The notes beneath the pieces were generated by a model, which was not told the origin of the DNA, ran no database searches, and saw nothing but the letters and a program-made list of their open reading frames with translations. A program made the translations under genes and the position numbers. Shown in pieces: positions 48,401-58,157 of a stretch of DNA of 64,000 nt (position 1 is its first letter; every line of letters begins with the position of its first letter). Source of the DNA: Promethearchaeota archaeon (GTDB taxonomy: Archaea; Asgardarchaeota; Lokiarchaeia; Sigyniarchaeales; SOKP01); assembly GCA_016839585.1 (NCBI GenBank), contig JAEOTZ010000021.1, positions 24,711 through 88,710 of the forward strand. The letters are read 5' to 3'.

Positions 48401-50341
48401 ATGAACGTCAAACAAAGTTATCTTGATCAAAAAAAAGTTAGTTTAAATAAAAAAGAGAATAAAATTCCCCTCTGCCTTGGTCCCGTTGCTGATTTAGAAG
48501 AATTTGTCAGAAAAGATTGGTGGAAAAAAATCTTTAATGCTTTTTATTTGAAGACAGATGGTGATGTAGTTGAAGATCAAAAGATTACCTCTTATGAAGT
48601 AGATGTTTCTTCAAAAATATTAGATTTGAGACCTGAAGAACATATCCTTGATCTTTGTTGTGGACAAGGTAGGCATTCAATTGAGTTTGCAAAAAGAGGT
48701 TTTGAAAATATTGAAGGATTAGATCGATCACGATATTTAATTCAAAAAGCAAGAGTCAATGCTAAAAAAGAGGGTGTAATATGTAAATTCCATGAAGGGG
48801 ATGCAAGAAAATTGCCCTATTCTCCAGATAGCTTTGATAAAATTATGATTTTAGGAAACAGTTTTGGGTATTTTGAGTCTATAAATGATGATTTTAATGT
48901 TTTAAGAGAAGCATATCGCGTGTTAAAGCCTTGGGGTAGTATATTAATCGATTTAACAGATGGAGAGTATTTAAAACACAATTTTCAACCACGTTCATGG
49001 GAATGGATTGATAAAAATCTCTTTGTATGTCGTGAAAGGTCATTATCATTAGATAAACAAAGATTAATCTCTCGTGAAGTAATTAATCATGTAAATAAAG
49101 GTGTTCTTGTAGATCAATTTTATGCTGAAAGATTATATTCTAAAACTAAAATCTCAGAGATCTTAGAAAAAGCTGGTTTTAATGATATAAAATTCCATGG
49201 TTCAATAAAGCCTGAGTCTCAACGGGATCAAGATTTGGGTATGATGGAGAGAAGAATATTAGTCAGTGCAGTTGTTAAAAAAGAATGGACACAAATTACA
49301 AGAAAAATAACTTCACAAGATAAAAATGTAGTTGTATTATTTGGGGATCCAAATAAACCTGATACTCTTAAACCTTCGACTATTTTTGATGATGATGATT
49401 TTTATACTATAGATCAATTAAAGTCTGCTTTAAGAGAACTTGAAGGATATAATTTTGTTTATCTAAACAATCACGATACTTTAATCCAAGATTTACAGAA
49501 TTTAAAAGGAAAAATCGATTATATTTTTAATTTATGTGATGAAGGATTTTACAATGATCCAAGAAAAGAATTACATATACCTGCTATCCTAGAAATTCTT
49601 AAAATTCCTTATACTGGTTCGGGACCACAATGTTTAGCATTTTGTTATGATAAATCATTAGTGAGAGGTATCGCAAAAGAATTAGAAATTCCTGTACCCG
49701 AAGCAATATATATAAAACCTGATGATAAAATTATTGACTTACCTTTATATTTTCCTGCTATTGTTAAACCAAATTTTGGAGATTCAAGTTTTGGTATTAC
49801 TCAAAGAAGTGTGGTTAATAATGGAGAAGAATTATTAAATGCAATAACAGAAATTAGAGAAAAATTTGGATATGATAAATCAATTTTAATTGAACAATTC
49901 CTCACTGGAAAAGATTTAACATTAGGTATTATTGGAAATCCTCCTGATGATTATATAATTCTGCCGATAATAGAAGAAGATTATTCAAGTTTATCCCCAG
50001 AATTACCGAAAATTTGTGGATATGAGGCTAAATGGCTTCCAGATTCTCCTTATTGGAATATTAAATCAATACCTGCTGAACTTCCGGAAGAAACAGTTCA
50101 GTTAATTGAATCATATTCATTAAAATTATTTGAAAGATTAGAATGCAAAGATTATGGAAGATTTGACTGGAGACTTGATATTAATGGAAATCCAAAATTA
50201 TTAGAAGTTAATCCAAATCCTGGTTGGTGTTGGGATGGACATTTAGCTAAAATGTCTAAATTTGCAGGTTATTCATATAAAGAAATGTTAATAAAAATAA
50301 CTAATACTGTCGAACAGCGATTAAAAACATATAAAGAATAA
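48401..50341 (+). CDS. Class I SAM methyltransferase fused to D-Ala-D-Ala ligase-like ATP-grasp domain
   Basis: LDLCCGQGRH, GNSFGYF; FNLCDEG, IPYTGSG, YDKS, VKPNFGDSSFGI, EQFLTG, GRFDWR, LEVNPNPG. Confidence 0.88.
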   Translation: MNVKQSYLDQKKVSLNKKENKIPLCLGPVADLEEFVRKDWWKKIFNAFYLKTDGDVVEDQKITSYEVDVSSKILDLRPEEHILDLCCGQGRHSIEFAKRGFENIEGLDRSRYLIQKARVNAKKEGVICKFHEGDARKLPYSPDSFDKIMILGNSFGYFESINDDFNVLREAYRVLKPWGSILIDLTDGEYLKHNFQPRSWEWIDKNLFVCRERSLSLDKQRLISREVINHVNKGVLVDQFYAERLYSKTKISEILEKAGFNDIKFHGSIKPESQRDQDLGMMERRILVSAVVKKEWTQITRKITSQDKNVVVLFGDPNKPDTLKPSTIFDDDDFYTIDQLKSALRELEGYNFVYLNNHDTLIQDLQNLKGKIDYIFNLCDEGFYNDPRKELHIPAILEILKIPYTGSGPQCLAFCYDKSLVRGIAKELEIPVPEAIYIKPDDKIIDLPLYFPAIVKPNFGDSSFGITQRSVVNNGEELLNAITEIREKFGYDKSILIEQFLTGKDLTLGIIGNPPDDYIILPIIEEDYSSLSPELPKICGYEAKWLPDSPYWNIKSIPAELPEETVQLIESYSLKLFERLECKDYGRFDWRLDINGNPKLLEVNPNPGWCWDGHLAKMSKFAGYSYKEMLIKITNTVEQRLKTYKE

Positions 50342-50557
50342 ACAGAAACTTATATTACTCAATTAATACTACGTATGTTACGATTGCTCCATATGAATGG
50401 ATAGAAATTTAGATTAGATAAGGTTGAATTCAGTTCCTACTTGGACTGGAATCATTAATTCTTTAAGTATTGGAAATTATAAAGTAATAGATATTGAACC
50501 CTCTAATGAAATTTATCGCTAATAATTTCAGATAATAAAATCTAATTCATTAAAAAT

Positions 50558-51790
50558 TTAATTATAATGATCCGTGGCAGTCTCATCAAACATATACTTT
50601 ATTCCTTTCTTAAGTGGAGATATTTTTCTTAGTCTTTCTATTATTAAAGGCAATTTCTCTAAGAAATAGTGAACTTCTTCCTCTGTGGTAAATCTTCCTA
50701 TTGAAACTCTTAAAGAACCATGAGCCTCTTCTGGTTTTAAACCTATAGCTAGTAATACATGGGATGGATCAAGTGATTTTGAGGAACATGCTGAGCCTGT
50801 AGACGTACCAATACCCTCCATATCTAAATCTAAGACAATAGACTCTCCCTCAATATATTTGAATCCCAGATTTATATTATTAGGTAGCCTTTGAGAAGGA
50901 TGACCATTAAGATAAGTATCATCAATATTTCCTAACACAGATTTTATGATTTTATCTCGCAACATTATTTGTCTTTCAGCCTCTTTAGCCATCTCTGCTT
51001 TTGCTATTTCTACTGCTTTAGTAAAACCAGCAATTAATGGCACTGCTACTGTGCTTGGTCGCATGTCTTTTTCATGCCCTCCACCAAACATTAATGGCTG
51101 AATATATTTACCCCACCCTTCCTTTTTCCCTTTATTTCGTATATATAATAATCCAATACCCTTTGGACCATAAATCTTATGAGCAGATGCAGATAACAGA
51201 TCAATATTCATCTCGTTGACATCTATTGGGAGTTTACCAAAAGCTTGAACTGCATCAGTATGAAATATAACATTGTGTTTTTTAGCTATTGCTCCGATTT
51301 CCTTAATAGGTTCAATCGTACCTATTTCATTATTAGCAAATATTATAGTTATAAGAATTGTTTTATCTTTTATTGTATTTTCCAATTCTTTAAGATCAAT
51401 TAAACCAAAATTATCAACTGGTAAGAATGTAACTTCAAATCCTTTCCTCTGCAATTCTTTACATGGATTTTCGACTGCATGGTGCTCTATAGTAGTAGTA
51501 ATTATATGATTTCCCTTTTCTTGATTTTTTAAAGCTACACCCATTATTGCAAGGTTGTCAGCTTCAGTACCTGAAGATGTGAAATAAATATCCTCTGATT
51601 CTGCATTAATCAAAGAAGCTATAGTTTTTCGTGATTTTTCTAATAATTGTCCTGCCCTTTGTCCTATTGAATGCAAGCTAGAAGAATTTCCATAAGTTTC
51701 TTTAAAATGTTTATTAATTTCTTCAATTACTTGCGGATCCATTGGAGTTGTAGCGGCATTATCCAGATAAACATATTTTGAATCTTTCAT
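50558..51790 (-). CDS. iscS: Cysteine desulfurase (IscS/NifS class I)
   Basis: YLDNAATT, FTSSGTEADN, IEHHAV, NNEIG, HTDAVQ, SAHKIYGPKG, STGSACSS. Confidence 0.95.
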   Translation of the reverse strand: MKDSKYVYLDNAATTPMDPQVIEEINKHFKETYGNSSSLHSIGQRAGQLLEKSRKTIASLINAESEDIYFTSSGTEADNLAIMGVALKNQEKGNHIITTTIEHHAVENPCKELQRKGFEVTFLPVDNFGLIDLKELENTIKDKTILITIIFANNEIGTIEPIKEIGAIAKKHNVIFHTDAVQAFGKLPIDVNEMNIDLLSASAHKIYGPKGIGLLYIRNKGKKEGWGKYIQPLMFGGGHEKDMRPSTVAVPLIAGFTKAVEIAKAEMAKEAERQIMLRDKIIKSVLGNIDDTYLNGHPSQRLPNNINLGFKYIEGESIVLDLDMEGIGTSTGSACSSKSLDPSHVLLAIGLKPEEAHGSLRVSIGRFTTEEEVHYFLEKLPLIIERLRKISPLKKGIKYMFDETATDHYN

Positions 51791-51906
51791 AGTTGATCTA
51801 ATAGTAAAATTTTAGTATTGCTAATTAAATTAATTAATTGGGAATTTATAAACTAAGTTTAATTTTTGATAAATTAAGATTTATCTAAACTTATATAATA
51901 GAAAAA

Positions 51907-52464
51907 ATGACATTTAAATTAATGTGGGGAATAACTGGAACTGGTTATGTTCTTCAAGAATCAATTAATTTAATGAAAGAATTGCAGGAGAATCATAATG
52001 TGGATTTAACAGTAATTCTATCAAAAGAGGGGGCAGCAGTTGTAAAGTGGTATAAAAAATGGCTTCCATTAACAGATATAGTTAAAAAGGTTAAAGTAGA
52101 AAAAACTCCAAATATTCCATTTTATGCTGGGCCTCTACAGCTTGGACAATATGATATGTTTTTAGTGTGTCCAGTTTCGGCTAATAGTATAGCCAAAATT
52201 GTTTATGGAATAGCTGACTCATTAATTACTAATTGTGTAGCTCAAGCGATAAAAGGTGGTGTCAAAGTATATTTATTTCCTTCAGACCAAGATTTAGAAC
52301 CAATTGTCACATCAAGACCTGATGGAAGTCCTTTAGTTCTAAAAATTAGAGATATAGAAATGGAAAATATTGAAAGATTAAAAAAGATGGAAGGAATCCA
52401 TGTATTTTCAGATTTTTCTGAAATTAAACCTCTAATCTTACAAAAAATTGGGGAAAAAAGTTAA
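51907..52464 (+). CDS. Archaeal flavoprotein (AfpA / dihydromethanopterin reductase-like, HFCD family)
   Basis: WGITGTG, CPVSANSIAKIVYGIADSLITNCVAQAIK, PSD. Confidence 0.85.
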   Translation: MTFKLMWGITGTGYVLQESINLMKELQENHNVDLTVILSKEGAAVVKWYKKWLPLTDIVKKVKVEKTPNIPFYAGPLQLGQYDMFLVCPVSANSIAKIVYGIADSLITNCVAQAIKGGVKVYLFPSDQDLEPIVTSRPDGSPLVLKIRDIEMENIERLKKMEGIHVFSDFSEIKPLILQKIGEKS

Positions 52465-52482
52465 TATAATTCAAAACGTTTT

Positions 52483-52923
52483 TTAAGCTTCATATTTCAC
52501 AGGTTCTATTGCTCCTTCTGGGCAAGAGAATTCGCATTTTAAACAACCTTGACATTCTCCAATTTCGCTAAACTTATATCTTATTCCTTCCTCTTCTTTT
52601 CCAACTGTTTTCACAATATGCTTAAAAAATAAATTTTTCGGGCAAAATTTTCCATCCTCATCCAGACATTCTTCACACATCGAGCACTTTTCATGATCTA
52701 TCTTAATGCTTACTATTTGATTTGGATGAGTTATCGATGTTACTTCAATTGCATTTCTAGGACAAACTTGAACACAATTGAGACATGCCTTACACTTAAT
52801 GTAATCAACTTTTCTTATTCCATGTTCAAAATATATTGCTTTAGCCTTACACGCTCTTAAGCATCGTTCACACCTAAGACATAATTCTTGATCGATTTGA
52901 ACTGGGAAAAATTTTTCTTTAAT
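52483..52923 (-). CDS. Polyferredoxin, 146 aa (extended upstream of the track ORF; probable ATT start)
   Basis: Open frame: CLRCERCLRAC, CKACLNCVQVCP, CSMCEEC...CP, CQGCLKCEFSCP; GAGGT SD 8 nt before ATT. Confidence 0.85.
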   Translation of the reverse strand: MKEKFFPVQIDQELCLRCERCLRACKAKAIYFEHGIRKVDYIKCKACLNCVQVCPRNAIEVTSITHPNQIVSIKIDHEKCSMCEECLDEDGKFCPKNLFFKHIVKTVGKEEEGIRYKFSEIGECQGCLKCEFSCPEGAIEPVKYEA

Positions 52924-53069
52924 ATAAGATTACCTCGAAATTACTCTTAGAAATTAATTTTATACTTATTCAATTTGACTAAATAAAGGTGAATTTTAAA
53001 ATTAATTTTTATAAATTATCAATGAGATTAATAAAAAAATAAAGGAGAAATCAAAAATAAAGTATTTAA

Positions 53070-53882
53070 TTATTGAAAATATTGAGTATATCCTTCTTTT
53101 GGAGAGGAAGGTAATTGTTGTTGTCTTTGATATTCTTGTGCTTTCTGAGCTAATTCTAACATTTTGGCCTTAATCTCTTTCCCTTGTTCTATTAATTGGC
53201 CAGTATCAATCTTTAATTTATAAATTTTATTCAAAATTGCAATAATACTAGCCGCTCCTTCTGGTGTGGGAATTTCCAATACTGGAGTAAATAAAGCATA
53301 AGCATCTAATTTATTAGATAATGCCTCATTCAGAATTGTTGCCTCAGGTCCAACAATAATCCCTTTCTCAACAGGCTCGATTTCAAGGTTTAAATCCTTT
53401 AACTTTTTAATCATATTCTCTTCTGCCGCGTAATAAACAGGATACTCATCAATTACGCCAAGACGTTGAGGTATACCTTGGAAAATTAATATTTCTTTAG
53501 CTTTTACATCATCACTAAGAGCCCAGTTACATATGGTTCTAGAAAGGTCGTTGTAAGCTGTGGCAACCTGAAACGGAACTTCTGATATTCCAACAATTAA
53601 GTTTTGTGAAGGTGAATAATACAATCTAAATGGATGTTTAAGTACTCCCTTATAAAAGACACTAATAGGTGGTAAATATTCAGAAGTTAAAAATCCAATC
53701 TCTTGAATATCTGGAAGCTGATCTATTAGGGTGTTAGCAATAATCGGTCCTATTAAACCAATTCCTGCAAAACCTAATATGAATGTAGAACCCTCTTTAA
53801 TTTCAATTGGAAAATCTTCTATAACAATGGAACTTCTTTTACCTTTGTTGCACACATACTCTTTTTTAGCCATTAATAACAC
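53070..53882 (-). CDS. PAC2-family proteasome assembly chaperone (PbaA/PbaB-like)
   Basis: ILGFAGIGLIGPI, PPISV..G...HPFRLY, GIIVGP, PTPEGAA, KIDTGQLIEQG. Confidence 0.85.
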   Translation of the reverse strand: MLLMAKKEYVCNKGKRSSIVIEDFPIEIKEGSTFILGFAGIGLIGPIIANTLIDQLPDIQEIGFLTSEYLPPISVFYKGVLKHPFRLYYSPSQNLIVGISEVPFQVATAYNDLSRTICNWALSDDVKAKEILIFQGIPQRLGVIDEYPVYYAAEENMIKKLKDLNLEIEPVEKGIIVGPEATILNEALSNKLDAYALFTPVLEIPTPEGAASIIAILNKIYKLKIDTGQLIEQGKEIKAKMLELAQKAQEYQRQQQLPSSPKEGYTQYFQ

Positions 53883-54073
53883 TTCATAATATATTGTTAT
53901 AATTTTTTAATTTGATTCTATATAATTTTATGAACATTTCAATATTAAAATTAGTCTATTATTATTTTTTAATGCAAATATTTTCTTCTATTTGATAATG
54001 AATGATTTTAACATGGAATCTAATTTTTTATAACTAAAGTATTAAAAATTATGTATATTATACTAATTAGTAA

Positions 54074-54898
54074 TTGAACAACCAATTTGAGTGGTTTGGA
54101 ATGCTTTTAGAAGTAAAGAATCTAACAATACCAACATTAGACCAAAAATGTGTAATTCTTAATAAAGTATCATTTGAGGTCAAAGAAGGGTCAATTCACG
54201 CGATAATCGGTCCAAATGGGTCTGGTAAATCAACGTTAGCATACACTATTATGGGTCTTGATAATTATAAACCTTCTGAAGGTAAAATATATTTTGATGG
54301 CATAGACATAACTCCAATGAAAATAACTGAACGAGCAAATTTAGGCATAACTTTAGCATGGCAAGAACCTGCAAGAATTGATGGATTATCCATTCCTAGA
54401 TATATATCACTTGGTATCAAAGACAAGGCAAATATGAAAGAAGAAATAATTGGAGCCTTAAAAATTGTAAATTTAGAACCAGAGAGATTTATGAATCGTA
54501 TTATTGATGAATTCTTAAGCGGAGGAGAGCGAAAAAGAGTTGAATTAGCTGCTGCTGTTGCTATGAAACCAAGGTTAATTATTCTTGATGAACCTGATAG
54601 CGGTTTAGATATGATTGTTATTGAGGATTTCATGAATATATTTAATAAAATAAAAGAGTTAGATATGACAATCCTTTTAATAACACATAGAGAGGATATT
54701 GGAATGGTTGCGGATTATGGAACTTTATTATGGAGAGGAGATGCTTTAATAACGGATGAATTTCCAAAGGTTATGCTAAGGTATTGTGCTAAAGCGGGTT
54801 TAAAAGAGTTTTGTAAACGTACCTTGTTCAAAAATGGAGGCTTTTGTGTTGATGAGGATTATATTGACAGAATCTTTAGGGAGGAAGGACAATCATGA
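54074..54898 (+). CDS. sufC: SufC-like (SmsC) ABC ATPase
   Basis: GPNGSGKST, LAWQEP, LSGGERKRVE, LDEPDSG, ITH; Cys-bearing C-terminal extension. Confidence 0.88.
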   Translation: MNNQFEWFGMLLEVKNLTIPTLDQKCVILNKVSFEVKEGSIHAIIGPNGSGKSTLAYTIMGLDNYKPSEGKIYFDGIDITPMKITERANLGITLAWQEPARIDGLSIPRYISLGIKDKANMKEEIIGALKIVNLEPERFMNRIIDEFLSGGERKRVELAAAVAMKPRLIILDEPDSGLDMIVIEDFMNIFNKIKELDMTILLITHREDIGMVADYGTLLWRGDALITDEFPKVMLRYCAKAGLKEFCKRTLFKNGGFCVDEDYIDRIFREEGQS

Positions 54899-55860
54899 GT
54901 AATGTTGAGTATCCGAGAGAAATTTTAGAAAGTCTGGAGGATTATAATATTGATATTAGAGATTTTTTGCCAGGACATGGAAAAGGTGCTAAACTTCTCT
55001 TAGATTTTAATAAAATTAGAGGAATGGAGGATGTAGATGGTGTAATTCTGAAAGGTAGAGAGATTGAAAATGGAATTATAGCTGATGTTATAATAAAAGA
55101 AGGAACTAAGATAGAAGAACCAGTTCATTTATGCTTCGGAGTAAATAAAGAAACAGGAATTCAAGAAATATTTCCACGAATCATTGCTGAAGATAATACA
55201 GACGCTACTGTACAAGCCCATTGTAGTTTTCCTAAAGCAAATGGTCTAATACATAAAATGTTTGGACATTTTTACATTGGAAAAAATTGTAACTTCACAT
55301 ATAGCGAAACTCATTATCATGGTGAGAATTCTGGTGCATTAGTTGCGCCAGTAGGTTATGTGTATGTTGGTGAAAATAGTGTATTTGAAAATACTTTTTA
55401 TCTTACACGAGGAACTCCTGGTAAAGTAAAAATCATGATTGATATATATGCTATGAAAAATAGTGTCATTAAATCTAACATAAAAGCTTTTGGAAAATGC
55501 AAAAATGATTCTGTCAGAATAAGAGATTCTGTATTTCTTGAAGGCGAAAATGCAAGAAGTGTTATTAAAATGAAAGCAGTCGCTAAAGATGGCGGTGAAG
55601 TGTTAATGTTTGGCATTACTGAAGGAAATGCACCACGATGTAATGGTCATGTTGAATGTAGTGAAATTGTATTAGGGAAAGGATCTATTTGTAGAGCACG
55701 TCCATTTATTAGAGCTATAGATCCTACATCCAGTGTTTCACATGAGGCATCTTTGGGGAGGTTTCCACAGAAATGGCTTGATGAGCTTCAAGCAAAAGGC
55801 TTAACCGAGGAAGAAGCTACTCAAATTCTTATTGAAGCAATGCTTCAAGAGGAGAGATGA
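54895..55860 (+). CDS. sufB: SufB/SufD-like (SmsB) Fe-S scaffold
   Basis: PVHLCFG, AHCSF, GHVECSEI, VSHEASLG, LQAKGLTEEEA; ATGA overlap with sufC. Confidence 0.88.
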   Translation: MSNVEYPREILESLEDYNIDIRDFLPGHGKGAKLLLDFNKIRGMEDVDGVILKGREIENGIIADVIIKEGTKIEEPVHLCFGVNKETGIQEIFPRIIAEDNTDATVQAHCSFPKANGLIHKMFGHFYIGKNCNFTYSETHYHGENSGALVAPVGYVYVGENSVFENTFYLTRGTPGKVKIMIDIYAMKNSVIKSNIKAFGKCKNDSVRIRDSVFLEGENARSVIKMKAVAKDGGEVLMFGITEGNAPRCNGHVECSEIVLGKGSICRARPFIRAIDPTSSVSHEASLGRFPQKWLDELQAKGLTEEEATQILIEAMLQEER

Positions 55861-55930
55861 AAAATCTTAAGTTAATATGATAATAATATAAAAAATCAAA
55901 TATATGATTAATAAAAAGGTGAATAAATAA

Positions 55931-56449
55931 ATGGGAGAAAATAAAATAAATGTAGGAGATAAAGCACCCTTATTTAAATTGGAATCTTTTAATGCTGGAT
56001 CAATTGATCTAGCAGAATTATTAGGAGATCAAAAGGTGGTATTAATTTTTTCACGATATTTTGGTTGTCCTCTTTGCCAATTAGATTTAAAAGAATTAAT
56101 GGAACGACATTCTGAGATTGAAGAAAAAGGAGCTAAAATATTATATATAACTCAATCTGGTGAAAAAGTGGCAAATGAGTTCATAAAAAAGGAAAATATT
56201 AAATTTCCCATAATTCCAAGCTCAAAAGATGAGTTATATGCTGAATATGGTTTAGGTGTAATGGAATCTGAAGCAATAAAGCAAGTTAAGGTAAGATTTA
56301 AAGAGTCTATAAAAGCAGGAATTAAACACGGTGAATATGAAGGATGGGAAAAACAAGGACCTGGCCAATTCATAATAAATCAAGAAGGTAAGATAATTCA
56401 TGCAAAAAAAGGATGGCTTGATATCAACAATATACTCGCAGATTTATAG
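55931..56449 (+). CDS. Peroxiredoxin-like AhpC/TSA (PRXL2-type) protein
   Basis: VGDKAPLF, FSRYFGCPLCQ, QGPGQFII. Confidence 0.82.
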   Translation: MGENKINVGDKAPLFKLESFNAGSIDLAELLGDQKVVLIFSRYFGCPLCQLDLKELMERHSEIEEKGAKILYITQSGEKVANEFIKKENIKFPIIPSSKDELYAEYGLGVMESEAIKQVKVRFKESIKAGIKHGEYEGWEKQGPGQFIINQEGKIIHAKKGWLDINNILADL

Positions 56450-56484
56450 TCTTAAATGATTAAAAAAAAATTTAAACCTCAAAA

Positions 56485-57141
56485 TTGAGAGATAAAATGA
56501 AAGAAAACACCAAATATCATAATTATCGTTTCATAGGAAAAATAAATGTGGATGAAATTCAACCTTGGTTTGATTTTACTACAACAAAACCATGGGATGA
56601 TCCAGAAGTTCCTTGGATTTTGGATAATAAAGTTAGACGTGAAATATTAATAAAATTAGCAGAAGGTCCAAAAGACTTCCAAGAACTCTATGATAATATT
56701 AATTTTTCTCCTAAACCTTTATTAATTTCAAAAGAGGAATATGATTGTAAAGTATCTTACCAATGGACTAAAGAAACAATTGAAAATCATTTAATGACTC
56801 TAGAGTGGTATAAATTGATCAATTCAAAAGAAAATCAATTTGAATTGGCAATACCAATTTTTTCAATGGAAAAGTCAGCTAAAATAGAAAAATATATTAT
56901 ACAATTTGCAGAACATTGGATAAACATTATAAAACTCTTAAAAAATGAGATAAGTAGCAATTTAGGAGAGATAGAAAATAAAGCACCATTATATGAAATA
57001 TTAATTGAGAACGCTGTAGAAAAATTATATGATCTTCTTAAGAAGGAAAATTTACTTCCTGATGAACCAAATGTTAAAGCTTTATGGGCAGAACAACTTA
57101 GAAAAGTTAAATTTGAGGAATGGATTGAAAAGAACTTTTAA
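56485..57141 (+). CDS. Winged-helix (ArsR-like) domain protein
   Basis: LDNKVRREILIKLAEGPKDFQEL ... TIENHLMTLEWYKLI. Confidence 0.65.
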   Translation: MRDKMKENTKYHNYRFIGKINVDEIQPWFDFTTTKPWDDPEVPWILDNKVRREILIKLAEGPKDFQELYDNINFSPKPLLISKEEYDCKVSYQWTKETIENHLMTLEWYKLINSKENQFELAIPIFSMEKSAKIEKYIIQFAEHWINIIKLLKNEISSNLGEIENKAPLYEILIENAVEKLYDLLKKENLLPDEPNVKALWAEQLRKVKFEEWIEKNF

Positions 57142-57224
57142 ATTATTATATTAAATTATAGAAAAAAAAATAAGTATCTTTTAATATCATAATGACCAAT
57201 GAAGAAATCTAATCCAATATTAAT

Positions 57225-57521
57225 TTATGTTTTAGCGTTTTTATTTACTGTTGTAATATCTTCTACAATCTTATCAAGTTGCTCTTTTAAAGAATCTTCT
57301 TCTAATGTTTTTCCCTTTAGTTTATCTAGCCATGTTTTAAATTTATTTGTTTCTCGATGTACTGTATTCCCATGGCGATCTTTAGTGGGATAAGTAGGAT
57401 TTTGATTTGTATCTTGTTCATATTGTTTATATAAGTATTCTCGATTATCTTGTTGATGGGCTTTTGCTTCTTTTACACTTTCTTCATTACTCATCATATT
57501 GAACATACTTTTTTCCTTCAA
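57225..57521 (-). CDS. Hypothetical protein
   Basis: 98-aa ORF with ATG start, charged composition. Confidence 0.45.
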   Translation of the reverse strand: MKEKSMFNMMSNEESVKEAKAHQQDNREYLYKQYEQDTNQNPTYPTKDRHGNTVHRETNKFKTWLDKLKGKTLEEDSLKEQLDKIVEDITTVNKNAKT

Positions 57522-58021
57522 AAATTAAGGTAAATTTCATTTTTTCTAAATGTCCAAGTATGGAAGGATCAGCAAGACATTCAAGAACCCATTTTAACCA
57601 ATTGGTTCTTTTCTTAGTTAAAGCGTTATTTCCCTTCATTTGGGCAACCATACTCAGCAGTAATATATCCACGGGCTTTTAATTCATTAATCAAAGAAGT
57701 AAAATGTTTGTCAATAATTAAGTGTACTTTTAAATCAGCCGTTTATTTATCAACTCCATTATTTTTAATTATAATTATTGGTTCAATTTTCCATTGAACT
57801 TGTTTTTTAGTAAATTTCATTATACTTCAATATACTTTTCTTTACAATCTTTTTAATAGATGAATATTAAGGACATATTTTATTAAACTATAAACATTTG
57901 AATTTATAAAGGCTGAGACTAATAGTTCCTTTTTAAAGTTCTACGCAGTTTTATTTTGAACTCTACGCATATTTTGTTAAGAGTCTGATCCAGTATTATT
58001 GATTACTGTGCGTATACTCTC

Positions 58022-58043
58022 AAGTAATACCTATGTATTACTT
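58022..58043. promoter_or_regulatory. Perfect palindrome, candidate transcription-factor site
   Basis: AAGTAATAC-CTAT-GTATTACTT between divergent small ORFs. Confidence 0.35.
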
Positions 58044-58157
58044 AGTTTCAAAAGAAAAAATTATATGTTTATCTTATATATGTGGATATTTTGCTGCTAT
58101 CACCAAGATATTTATAAAATAATAAACGCCCATTAAAATATAATAAGAATCTAAAAA

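Noticed and set aside
48401-50341. ddl / peptidoglycan synthesis
   Set aside because: Ddl-like fold only; it is fused to a methyltransferase in an archaeal context with no mur genes
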